Shown here: piece after piece, positions 42,880 through 53,800 of the stretch | How the letters are laid out: every line of letters begins with the position of its first letter | How positions within the stretch are numbered: the first letter of the stretch is position 1 | Source of the DNA: a virus | Length of the DNA stretch: 64,000 bases | Strand: one strand, 5' to 3' | IMG/VR virus record: IMGVR_UViG_3300009149_000016 | Coordinates: 32,001-96,000 of that record | Notes under the pieces: generated by a model | Database searches by the model: none | What the model was told of the DNA's origin: nothing | What the model saw: the letters and a program-made list of their open reading frames with translations, nothing else | Position numbers and translations under genes: made by a program

Positions 42880-45800
42880 CTAGAAGTCGATGTCGTAGAT
42901 GGCCGGGCTCAGGGTGATGGTGTTCGGATCAAGCTCGAAACGAACGTTGTCCCGAACCAGAGGGTGACCCTCAATCCGGTAGAAGTCCGCTGCCGAGTAG
43001 CCTTCACCCGTTCCCTGCGTACCGATGAGGGCCATTGCCAAACTTGAGATTGTGATGTCCTGCACCGTCGTGGTGATGAGCATCATCAATTCGTCGCCCG
43101 CCGAGACTTCTGTTGACGACACACTTGTGACCGTGTTGCGCACCAAGTGCGCATGCCCGGTCAGGCTCCGTGTGTGTCCAGCGCCACCACCGTTGATGAG
43201 TTGGTGACTCGTGAAGCATTCACCGCCAGGACGGAAGCCGGATCCAGAGAACGCACTTCCACCCCGATTGACTCGGTAGTTCGTAAGGAGGCTGTAGTTG
43301 GCCGGCTCACCATCCACATGGATGATGACGTCGCCAGCTTGCCCGCTCACGAGGTGGACGTTGGAGAGGTTGACTTCTCGAACGCCCAAGGTCGATTCAG
43401 GGGCGAGACTCGTGGCAAACACGCCGGGGGTTGCGTTGCCCCAGTAAATGAACGGGCTGTCATGTGCGGCTCCAACCTTGTCTCCCCGGAAGTCCTTGTC
43501 CCGGTACAGAGCACCGATTGGCAGAGTTTCCGTGCAGCCAAGATAGGTCGTCGAGACGGCGAACATGTCTTCCGAAGTGCCGCCCGGGTAGAACAAGGGA
43601 CGATCCTGCAAGACGCTGGTCGGGGGATACGCAAAAGGATCCTCGTAGCCCACGTTGCGGAAGTCCGGCAGGTTCGTGTTGACCGAGTCACCGCTCAAGC
43701 GGCCGGTTCCGAGCGTCGTGGTGAAGCCAACCGAAGCCAGGACTTCGAACATCTTCTGGTCGGGCCGGGTGAGGTTGGTCTCGTCGAGGCGCGTTGAATC
43801 CACCTGGAAGGCCAGTGCTGTTGTCATGGGGCCCGGCTTGTATGGGTTGTCCATGTAGTTCGACCCGCTGCCCCATGCATCGCCCTGGTAGGGGGTGCGG
43901 CTGTAGTTCACCAAGATCTGGTCGGACACAGCCGGGGGTGCCGGAACGATGAGGCTGGGGTTATCGAAAGCTCCCGCCACGGGCAAGCCGATGTTGGCGT
44001 ACCGGTCAACGATGCTGTTTGCCTGTTGACGCTCACGGGTCGTCAGAAGGCGGAATTCCCCTTCCAAGTCGAAGCTTCCACGGTCGAACCCGAAGATGCT
44101 TGCTTCGATGACGAAGTGCGCCGTATCGAAGTCCGTAATCGGATTGGGGCTGCGGTCCAAGTCGATCGCGTCCCGGTTGAGAATGAACGTCGAGTCGCCA
44201 TCTTCGTCAAGCTCGACCCAGAAGGTCGGCCCATCGAAGTCTTGCCGAAGCAAGTTCGTGGCGTCGGTGTTGTCAAGTTCACGAGTCGACAGGCTGTAGT
44301 TGGAACCTGCCGCCTTGTAGTCTTCGGATTCGTAGACGGAGAACAGCCGAGCGATGCCGTAGAAGGGAGGAAGCTCCAAGCCTTCTCGACCCATTCCCCG
44401 GCTGTCCGTGTAGTGCTGCATTCCGGCGAGAGAGATTGCACCGTACAGGAACTTGGAATTGTAGATGGCCGGCGCCGAAGTGTTCAGGTCGACCGTCGAG
44501 AACGTTGCGAACGATGCGGTTCCTGTCCCCGTGTACGGAATGTAGTTCCGCTCGGAGTTGGGCATCGTGGTCGCTTGGCCCTTGGTGGACAGGACCATGT
44601 AGTTGACGCCCTCGTAGAAGGGGGCGACGTCCAGATGCCGGATCGGAACCCGAACCGCACCCCAACCAGGGATAAGCTCCCGGGGGGCCGTCACGAAGAT
44701 GTTCTTCATGAAGTAGGAGTTGCCGCCCGACCAAGTCGAACCATTGAAAAGCTCCAAGGGGTCTGTGTTGGTCCACTTGGGAACGACAGCAAAACCGTCC
44801 CACCGGTCCATGGGCATCAAACCGAAGCACTCACGGAAGTAATAATTAACGCCCAACGTTGGGAACGCTGTGGGAATGATCCGATCCACCGTGACAACGT
44901 TGACCGCCACTGACCGAACTGTGTAGAAGCCGTTCCACGGACCGGGCTGTACGATGGTCAGTTGCATCCCTTCGACGACGCCCAAAGCCACGAAGTCCAC
45001 GGTGGTATCCGTGAGCGTATCGCCCATCACACCCAATTGACCTTGGTTGTTACCATACAGGTCGATGGGGATCGGGTTTGCCGACACGCCGTCGTAGGTG
45101 AGGTATTCGGCCGGCATCTGCACACGACGGAACGGGGAGAGGATGACCGTCTTGCTCGACGGGTCCGCATAGGCTTCTGCCGTCACCGGAAGCAACCCGC
45201 TGTACAAGTCGTTGCGGTAGCGGGACCAAAGAGCCGTCCAAGCCGTTCGAAGATCAATGTTGTGGGTCGGAATTCCGACCTGTTGAACCATCGCATCCGA
45301 AGGGGGGTCGAGGTAGGCGACATTCTGAAGTGAACCAGGTCGACGGCTCAATCCACGCCCGGGGCCGTACATGACATGGAAGCCAATGTAAAGCTGAGCT
45401 TCCGTGCCGGCTGGGAAGTCAGAACCGAGTGTGATTTCGATAGCCTCGTTCGGCGTGGGGTCGGCCGGGGTGACCGTGAAGAACGTCGAGCTTTCAAGAG
45501 GTTCAGACTGTCCTTCGATCCGAAGCTCGATGACATTAGGCATGTTCGTGATGAACCGCACCTGATCTTGATCGCCGCCCGGGAGGCCTGCCTTGAAGTC
45601 GCTGATATTGATCCGGAGCACGTCGCCAGGGTTGAACTGACCAGCGACTGAACGCACCGATTGGAAAACATCCACGCCGAGTGTCCAGGTCACACCCACT
45701 TGCGCCGGAAGCACCAACCCGTTGGGCTTGGCAACCGTGTAGACCCGCTGGAGACTCGCTGCATCTGAGAACACCTGGCGGATGTTGTCCGGTCCGTCGA

Positions 45801-47214
45801 GAAGCGTGATGCCAGTCGAAATGCCCGAGCCCACCGGAGCGATTTTGTCCTGGTAGGGAATGAACGGTCCTTGGGGTCCAGCGCCCGTGCGCTTCCAATT
45901 GCCCCGCATCTCGGCACGCAAGAGCTTGTCGAGGTTCGCCGTCAAAAGCGCTTGGTAGTCGAACCTGTTCGGATTGACTGCATGACGCAAGTCGAGGATG
46001 TCCGTCGAGTTGATTTGGTCGGAGAACAAGCCGTCAGGACGAATCGCCAAGAGCTTGACTTCGTCGCCAGCCTTGTGGGTTTCCGCCCGGGTCTGGTACT
46101 GCGCCCGAGCGTCGATCGAGACCGTCGTGCCGGTGATCGTTGCGTAGGTCAGGATCTCATCGCCGATCTGAAGGGCGACCGGCGTGGCAGGGGTCGTGGG
46201 CAGCGGGATGTCAGCCACAGAAGCCAACGTGAAGGTCATGTCCGTCTTGGACATGTCGGCTCCGAGCGTCGGGGTCGTGGTGAAGGTCGTGTAGCCGGTC
46301 CGGTCGACAGCGGTCGGGTTGCGGTCAAACCCTCCGTTGAGGTTCTGACTGGGCTCACCGTTCCATGGGACCGAGTTGCGGCGGAACACAGCGGAGATCG
46401 GCACGGCGTAGACGTAGCCATCCACAGTGCCCAGGGAGTTGGCCGTCCCGTCGCCAGCACGCCACAGTCCAGGGTCGTTGAGTTCCTTGCGCATGTTCTC
46501 GTACACGAAGCTCGTCGGCGCCGTTGCCCCGCCCTGCGCTTTGACCACAGACGGATCGAAGCCATCCGGGTAGGAAGCAAGACCAACGAGGCCCGTGACG
46601 ACCCGAATCCTGTACTGAAGCTGGACCCGCTGCGTGGTCTCGAAGCCAATGGCCGGGTCCTGAATGTCGTCGGGCAGATACGTGTAACCACCCTCGACGT
46701 TGCCGTACCGGTAGACCGAGGATGCGGCTGGCTTGTTGAGCGTGGACGGATCTGGCGGGATCCGAGCTTTCCAAACTTCCAGGAAGATGTAATCGATCCG
46801 GAAGTCGCCCGAGTTGGCCGGGGGCGGCGAAAGCGTCACGAGGTTGTAGGTGTCGGTGTCGTTGGGGCTGCCGGGTGGGGTTCCGGTGTGAGTCCCGGTC
46901 ACTGGGATGAGCCAGCCATTGACAACCGCCCACATGACGGCTTGTTTCTCGCCGACACGTTGCCGTCCGAATTGGAACCAGTTCGACCAAATGGGATTCG
47001 TGATGAAATCCTGGTCGGGGTTCGTTTCGTTTCCAAGGAACCCGGAAGGGCACCCACTGAGCATAATCTTGCGATCCCACTGGTCGCTGATCTGCTCCAT
47101 CAAATTCAACTCTGCATCGAGCGGCGGCTTGCCCTTTTGCCAAATGGGCATCGTGAATCCCGATGCCGTTGGATCCAGAACTCTCGAAACCCCACTCCCG
47201 TAGTTGTCAGCCAT
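42880..47214 (-). CDS. Large virion structural protein (baseplate/tail), paralog of 56927-59497
   Basis: 1444 aa, P/G/T-rich; shares many blocks with the 856-aa protein. Confidence 0.75.
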   Translation of the reverse strand: MADNYGSGVSRVLDPTASGFTMPIWQKGKPPLDAELNLMEQISDQWDRKIMLSGCPSGFLGNETNPDQDFITNPIWSNWFQFGRQRVGEKQAVMWAVVNGWLIPVTGTHTGTPPGSPNDTDTYNLVTLSPPPANSGDFRIDYIFLEVWKARIPPDPSTLNKPAASSVYRYGNVEGGYTYLPDDIQDPAIGFETTQRVQLQYRIRVVTGLVGLASYPDGFDPSVVKAQGGATAPTSFVYENMRKELNDPGLWRAGDGTANSLGTVDGYVYAVPISAVFRRNSVPWNGEPSQNLNGGFDRNPTAVDRTGYTTFTTTPTLGADMSKTDMTFTLASVADIPLPTTPATPVALQIGDEILTYATITGTTVSIDARAQYQTRAETHKAGDEVKLLAIRPDGLFSDQINSTDILDLRHAVNPNRFDYQALLTANLDKLLRAEMRGNWKRTGAGPQGPFIPYQDKIAPVGSGISTGITLLDGPDNIRQVFSDAASLQRVYTVAKPNGLVLPAQVGVTWTLGVDVFQSVRSVAGQFNPGDVLRINISDFKAGLPGGDQDQVRFITNMPNVIELRIEGQSEPLESSTFFTVTPADPTPNEAIEITLGSDFPAGTEAQLYIGFHVMYGPGRGLSRRPGSLQNVAYLDPPSDAMVQQVGIPTHNIDLRTAWTALWSRYRNDLYSGLLPVTAEAYADPSSKTVILSPFRRVQMPAEYLTYDGVSANPIPIDLYGNNQGQLGVMGDTLTDTTVDFVALGVVEGMQLTIVQPGPWNGFYTVRSVAVNVVTVDRIIPTAFPTLGVNYYFRECFGLMPMDRWDGFAVVPKWTNTDPLELFNGSTWSGGNSYFMKNIFVTAPRELIPGWGAVRVPIRHLDVAPFYEGVNYMVLSTKGQATTMPNSERNYIPYTGTGTASFATFSTVDLNTSAPAIYNSKFLYGAISLAGMQHYTDSRGMGREGLELPPFYGIARLFSVYESEDYKAAGSNYSLSTRELDNTDATNLLRQDFDGPTFWVELDEDGDSTFILNRDAIDLDRSPNPITDFDTAHFVIEASIFGFDRGSFDLEGEFRLLTTRERQQANSIVDRYANIGLPVAGAFDNPSLIVPAPPAVSDQILVNYSRTPYQGDAWGSGSNYMDNPYKPGPMTTALAFQVDSTRLDETNLTRPDQKMFEVLASVGFTTTLGTGRLSGDSVNTNLPDFRNVGYEDPFAYPPTSVLQDRPLFYPGGTSEDMFAVSTTYLGCTETLPIGALYRDKDFRGDKVGAAHDSPFIYWGNATPGVFATSLAPESTLGVREVNLSNVHLVSGQAGDVIIHVDGEPANYSLLTNYRVNRGGSAFSGSGFRPGGECFTSHQLINGGGAGHTRSLTGHAHLVRNTVTSVSSTEVSAGDELMMLITTTVQDITISSLAMALIGTQGTGEGYSAADFYRIEGHPLVRDNVRFELDPNTITLSPAIYDIDF

Positions 47215-47258
47215 GGTCTACATCGTCTCCGATAGGATGTCTGCTAAGAGTCCAGATC

Positions 47259-47894
47259 TTAGTAAATCACCGCCCAAGATCCCAGCCCGATGACGGTGCC
47301 CGGGGTGGAATTCGTAATGCGGATCACGAAGTTCGTTCCTTGGTGCGGGGGTGGGATGTTCAAAAAGCCGCCGTCGGTCGCCGGGTAGAAGTTCACCCCG
47401 TTGTTGAAGCTCACCTCACACGTCGTGACCAAGTCGGTTGTCGCTTCTTTGTACGTTCGCTGGAAACGCCCCGTCGTCGAATCCGTGTCGAGCCACTCGT
47501 TGGCTTCCCAAACGATCGTTGCTTGCGCAGGCGCCGGGCCCGTCAGAGAGACGGCCACCGACTCCATGAGCCCGCCTGGGTACAATGAGACTGAACCCCG
47601 GTCACCAAACTTGCCAGCGGTGCCAACTGCCGCCGTGTTGATGTCGGTCGAGTCGAGAAGATCGTCATAGGTGATCCGAGTCGCCAAGCCGGCGTACTGC
47701 CCCAAGATCCCTTGGTATTTCTTCGTGAGAAGATCGCCAAGGTTGGTAGGGTCACGCACCGGAATGCCCTCGCCGACCCGAACAATGAAGCTTCCGCCCG
47801 CCTCCGTCTCCCCATTTTCAGACAAGCGGACATCGTTGATCCCGCTCGCGCTGATTGGGTTGCCGAAGATGTCGACGAGGTAGTGTGTGCTCAT
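47259..47894 (-). CDS. Putative structural protein
   Basis: 211 aa beta-rich ORF in the structural operon. Confidence 0.7.
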   Translation of the reverse strand: MSTHYLVDIFGNPISASGINDVRLSENGETEAGGSFIVRVGEGIPVRDPTNLGDLLTKKYQGILGQYAGLATRITYDDLLDSTDINTAAVGTAGKFGDRGSVSLYPGGLMESVAVSLTGPAPAQATIVWEANEWLDTDSTTGRFQRTYKEATTDLVTTCEVSFNNGVNFYPATDGGFLNIPPPHQGTNFVIRITNSTPGTVIGLGSWAVIY

Positions 47895-50800
47895 CGTCTA
47901 TGTCCATACTTGGTTGCCGTCCGGGAGCGGACATTGGTCAACCGAAGGGTTTCGACTTTCTTGTCCGGCGACAGCAATGACCGTGAATAGTTCAGGACGT
48001 GCTGAATGCCGTTCTCATTCGTGATGTTGAGCGGGCTGCCGACCGATTGACCAGCGTTGCGCCAAGTGGGTCGAGCCATCACAGGATAGGTTTCCTCAAT
48101 GTCGACCACCTTACCGGAGATCTCGACGTCATCCAAGTAGCAAGAGTCAGCGTCTTGGAGTTTGACAGCGGCGTCGTCATAGCCGAGCGTCCAGCAAATG
48201 ACGTCTTCCCGAGTCGAGATGAAGAACCAGCCAGGCGTGGCACCTTGGACAAGGTTCCTCATGGTCAAGTCGGCATCGGCGAAGTTGACGTCCACCGTGA
48301 TGTTGCCGTAGTAGTCGGCTTCACCAGCCGGATCGGGAACCACACCACCCACGCGCAGGATAGTCATGACGCCCCCGACCTTGCCGGTCGCCTGGTTCCT
48401 GAAAACAATCCGAGTGCCCGGCTGGAACAGCGGGGTGATGAACATCCCGAAAAGGGTGTTACCCACCCAACTCGTCACCGGCCAATCATAGGAAGGACCG
48501 CCGCCAGCGTTGTACCAGGTGTAAAGGTTCCAACCCCAGTTTTGGAAGGAATAACCCCTCGCGAGGTTGGAATAACCTTCGAGCGCCCACAAGTAGGACG
48601 CCGAGACGATCCACCGGCCCATCTTGTCGTTCCACTTGATCTGGGATTTCTTGAGTCGGGCCTGCATCCGACCCCGTTGAGAAACGAACCAAGTTTGGTC
48701 CCCGCTCCAAGCATAGTCGCCGTAGAGTGCACCGGGCACGGTACCGGCCACACGCCCGATAACGGTCTTTTGTGGGTTGGCAACGAGTGAGTTGTTGAAG
48801 TGGTCGGCGATCTGTTCAGCCTCAACGAACGCAAGCTGCGCCGTGTACAAGGCATACCAAGGACTCTCGGATCCGTCGAGATCCCCTACCACCAAGTAGT
48901 GACGACCGTTCCAACCGAGCGATGCATTTTTAGCCAAAGCCAACGAGACAGGATTTTGTCGAATTGCTTCCCGCCGATTGAGATTGAAACCTTCACGCTT
49001 GAAGGTCGCCAAGTACGTGATCCGATCGGCAGTGATGTACAACAACGCGTATTCATCGTCCACGTCGTTGTAAACGAAGCCCAGAACCCGGGCTGCATTC
49101 ACGGTATCGCCATCGAGCCACCGTTCGTCAAGAGGCGTGGGATCGTAGTTCGTCCCCGACGGCGGCAAGCTCGTGATGTCCGAAATGAAGGGATCGCCGA
49201 ACTGAAGCTGTTGTCGGTTCGAAGCCAGACCACCCGAGATGATGGAACCGAAGACGTCATTTCCGGCAATGCTACTCAGATCGTAGATGTCCAAGTAGAT
49301 CCTTTGGTTCGGCATGTCGTAGTCCTTGACAACATGCCAACCCACATGATCGAAGCTATCGATTGCGCCCGCCTTTGACTTCGTGAGCACAAGAATATCG
49401 CCCGGCTGACACCGATCGGTCTCGATGCCAGTAAAGGAAATGTAATCTGGTTGCGTGATTGACGAAGCGTCGACCCCAACATTTCCGAGCACGGAGAAGG
49501 AGCCCGCAATCCTGGAGCTTTCCGCAGCGAGCCGGCGTACTTGCGTGGGGTTTCCAATTCCTAGTTCAGGAACCACCCACGTGTAGATACGAGGGTCGGG
49601 GGGGCTCAACGGCTGGCTTTCGAGCTTCGCTACGATCACGAACTGCTTGCCGTCCCACAAAATCTTGGGGTTCGAATACTGCCCTTGGGTGTTAGTGGTG
49701 GCGAGAAGGTAGTTCGATGACGAACCAGCGCCATCGAAGACAGCAATGCCAAGCGCCGAACCGGACCTGAGGGTATCCGTGTTGAGGGAGTTCATCCCAG
49801 CAACCCACACGACGGCATAGCTCTTCCCGGAGAACGCAGCGTCACACACGTAAATCTGGTTGTAATCGAAGTGGTGTGGGTAGGCGGTGATCCCGAAAAC
49901 ATCGCGAGGGATATTTCCGCACGACACGCGAACGACGTCAGCAATCTCAGGAACTTCGAACGAATCCCGAGCCGTCGTCAGTTTAGAGTCAATGTTCCCA
50001 ACTGCATCGTCTCCCGGGAAGAACGCCATGCAGATGTTGCCGCCGTTCGTGTGAGCACCCTTTGTGAACGTCGGATCCTCATTGCGCTGGGATTCCGTCC
50101 AGAAGGCTGCAAAACGCTGGCCGTCCCAGATGACCTTGGGAGAAGAGGGCTCCTGGTAGCTCTTAGCCGGATCATAAACGAACAAGGGTGCCGTGTCAGT
50201 CCCGGTCCATCCATCCTGGACGTACGTCGAGAAGTGGCCCGTGCCCACATCGTACTTGGGTTCCGGCCCCCACACTTCGAGGGGGTTGCCACCCTTGGCA
50301 TCCGTGTAGGTTGCCATCATCCGAAGATGGATGTTCTGGTTCGAGCTACCAGAACCAGGCAGCGACCGCATGTTGGTCCAAGTCAAGTCTGTCGTGAAAG
50401 TCGGGTCCTCGATTGGGGTTGCCACCATCGAGGGGTAGACGAAGCAATTGCGGTAACCGTCCGTGTCGAACCCAGCCGTGGGGGTGGCCGGGAAGCCGTG
50501 ACGTGTGAACACGTTGTGTTTCGACTTGACCGTGAGGTGCTTCGGGAGGGTGAAGTGTCCAGGGGTCCGACGCTCCAACCCGTGGATGTTGAGAGATTCC
50601 GCTCCGCTGCGGTAAGGCCCGAAGCTTTGGCGGTAGACCACCGTCTCATTGACTGTGCCGCCATGGGCGGGCGATCCCGAGATGTTGCGGTCGACAAGGG
50701 CGTAGAAGTTCTCGCCCCAAGCCATCGCCACTTGAGGCACCTCGAAGGGGGCACGCTCGTTGTAGCCCTTGGGGGCGCCGGGGCAAACGCCACGGAACCC

Positions 50801-53800
50801 AAGGTGACCGGCGATTCGAGTCGTCGGGTAGCTCCAATCCCAACCAGTGCCCAAGTCGTAGATGTTCTCACCTGGCTCACGGTCACCGAATGTGATGGGT
50901 CCGTTGCCGCCGCCTGACGAGAAGGTGGGGAAAGCTCCACCCTGCCACCGACGGCTGACCGTCTGGACCTTGTCCGGCCGGTCTTGCGTGACGTTGTTCA
51001 ATTCAACGTCATGAGAGTCCGTCAAGCGCGACGCGCCCATGATGAGCCGACCTTCAGGATCGACCCGGATGCCCATGTTCTTGATGCCCGAGTCCAGATG
51101 CCAGTTGCCCACCCGAGTCTCGATGGAAACGAGAGTCCAAGGCATCCGGTCACCATCGAGCAACGACCAAGCGCCACCAAGCATGAGTGCCACGTGCTCG
51201 GAGACCGGGATGATGTCGATGTACTGCGGTCCGGTGATGGGGTCGACCACATACAGCAAACTGTTTGAGAACGGTTCCACCGTGGGCAGCAAGTAGTTAC
51301 CGTCAGAAGCGGACCCGCTGTTTCCGAAGTAGAAAGTCGGGTCGACCACATACTGTTGGCCGGCGACATCTCGGAAAGTGCCAATCGGTGAAGTGATCGT
51401 GCGACGCGTCGGGCTTACGATAGCCCAATCGCTTCCGGTCCAAGCCACATCCGGGATGAGCGACACTGCACGTGCCATCGACCAAGGATGCAACAGGTGC
51501 CGTGCTGAGATCTCCAGATTGTAGCCACGCAAGTCCGACTTCCCAAAGGGAATGAAGTTGCCACCTGAAAGCGCCCAGTTCATCCACATGGCATTCGGTC
51601 GTGGAACGAGCGGGTCGCTTGCGCCAGCGCTCATAGAGGCAAGCTCGATGGGCCGGTCGACTTGCTGCATGTAGTCCGTCGTGGCAGCGTAGGTCGTCGG
51701 CGCCGCACGTCGGGGGTACATGGGGTCCGCTGCAAGATTTGTAGAAAGGATGACGTAGCAAACACCAAGATGCTCACGTTGTGCCGTCTGATCGAGACAA
51801 GCGGCGCCCGCCACATCGATGAAAACGGCGTTGTGACCGTCATCAAAGTTGCTGATCAGGTCCCGAGCCAGGAACCCCGTGGTGTTGAACGCCTGGAAAG
51901 CGATGATCCACTGGTTTTCCCCACGACTGATTCGAACGAAGTCCGGCTCACGGGGGTTGGGGTTGAAAATAGCGGTATTCGCGTTTTCGTAAGCGCCCGC
52001 CACCGGCAACGGTGTGCCGCCGCCAAACTCGTAGTAAACCTGGATGCGGCTTTGAGGAACGATTGCCCAGTGAACGTTGGTCGCTGCGGCGTACGTGATC
52101 TCGTGCGGGGTGTTCTGAGGCTTGATGGCAGCAACGAGAGGGGCCAAGGCCCAAACGACGCCATCGGTGCCACCATTACCGTTTCCACCACCTGTGACGT
52201 TCAAGTGCAAGAACTTCGAACCCCCCGTAACGCCTTCGTTTGCGAAGTCGACCCCGCTGGCGTCGGAAAGCTCACGAGTCCCACCACCAACATCGGTGAT
52301 CGTGCCCAAGGTGCCGGTCAGGAGTGCGTGGTCACGCTCGGACCACACAAAGACTGCGTAACCATCCTCGTTGATGCCGATGTCCGTCGAGGACACGACG
52401 TACTTATTTGCGAGAGCATGGGTCAGGATGCCAACCGGAGCGCCACCAACCATCCGGAACGCTTCCAGACGGCTAAAGGTTGGGCTTGTCCACCACCAGA
52501 GCACCCGCAAGTCCGCATCGGCGGGATCTGTCTCGTTGTACGCCAGGGAAGGATGGTCCCGGTAGCTCGACGAAATAGCACCCAATGTGTAGTTGACGTT
52601 GATCGTCGGATCTGTGGCCGGATCGAAAAGCTCGAAAGCCTTGAGTTGGATGCCCGAGCTTCCGGCTCCGTCCTCAACCCAGATGACAGCGTACTCGTTC
52701 GTGAACTTGTTGTACGCGATGCGAGGGTAGTGACCGCTCGTGTGATTCCCAGCACCAAACGATGAACTGGTGAACAAAGGGGTCGCCGAGTTCTTGAGAT
52801 CCACCCCGGCACCAGAGTAGAGCATCGAGCCGTCCGTTGACATCTCGTTGAACCAGATTGCCTGTCCGGTTGCATCCGCCTGGACGATGCCCCACACGCG
52901 CCGGGTCGGATTCCAAACGATCCCAATCCCTTCCATGGCGGTACCATCGGCGAAAGCCATCGTCGAGGGAGCCGGGGGTTCACCAGGACCGTCCGCTGAC
53001 AGGTCGTAGACGCCCCAATCCGTGTTCGGTCCAAACCGTAGGACTGTCTCACCCGAGATGTTGTGGAGCGTCGTGGACTGCCCTTCACCCTCGATGACCA
53101 CGCCTGGAGGCACGAACAGCGTGTCCTGCGTGTAGAAGTGGCCCTTGCGAAGATGCAGCTTGCCGAAGCCATCCTCAGCAGTCTTGACGAGTTGCTCTTT
53201 GAGCGACGTGTCGGACTTCCGGATCCCCCGGACATTGGATGTGAACGACTGCACGGGGTTTTGGTCCGCACCGGGGCTCTTAGGCGGGTTGGCTCCGTCG
53301 CCAACGGACAAGGCATGCTTGTCCCCAACGCCGACTTCCCAATCACGAGCCGAGTCAATACCCGAGTCGAGGTTGAGCATCCGCCAATAGCCCTCGGTCG
53401 GGCGGTAGACGAAGTAGCGACGACGTTCAGTTCCCGAGGAAACCTGCGTTCCGAATTCGGTTGCCTTGGGGGATTCCTCTGCTTGAGGGAGCGACTTGAC
53501 GTAGAAGTCGAGCAACGAAAGGGACGAATCCGCTCCGATGTGCCAAGCGTTCGTGGTCACGTCGAAGTACATGCGGGCGGGGCCCTTGGGCTCCGTCTCG
53601 GTCCCACGAACCTCGTAGAGACTGCGAGCGCCCCCCTCAGTGAGGGACTGATCAACCGCCCAGTAGACGGCATACAGGTTGAGCCGCCCCGTCAGGGGGT
53701 TGGTTCCGCTCGAAGCGCCAGCCGGCTTGATGTCGTCGCCCGTGGCAGGAGCCACCGAGAAGCGAACGAGCCCCGCCTGGAAGTCCATGGTCATGCGCTG

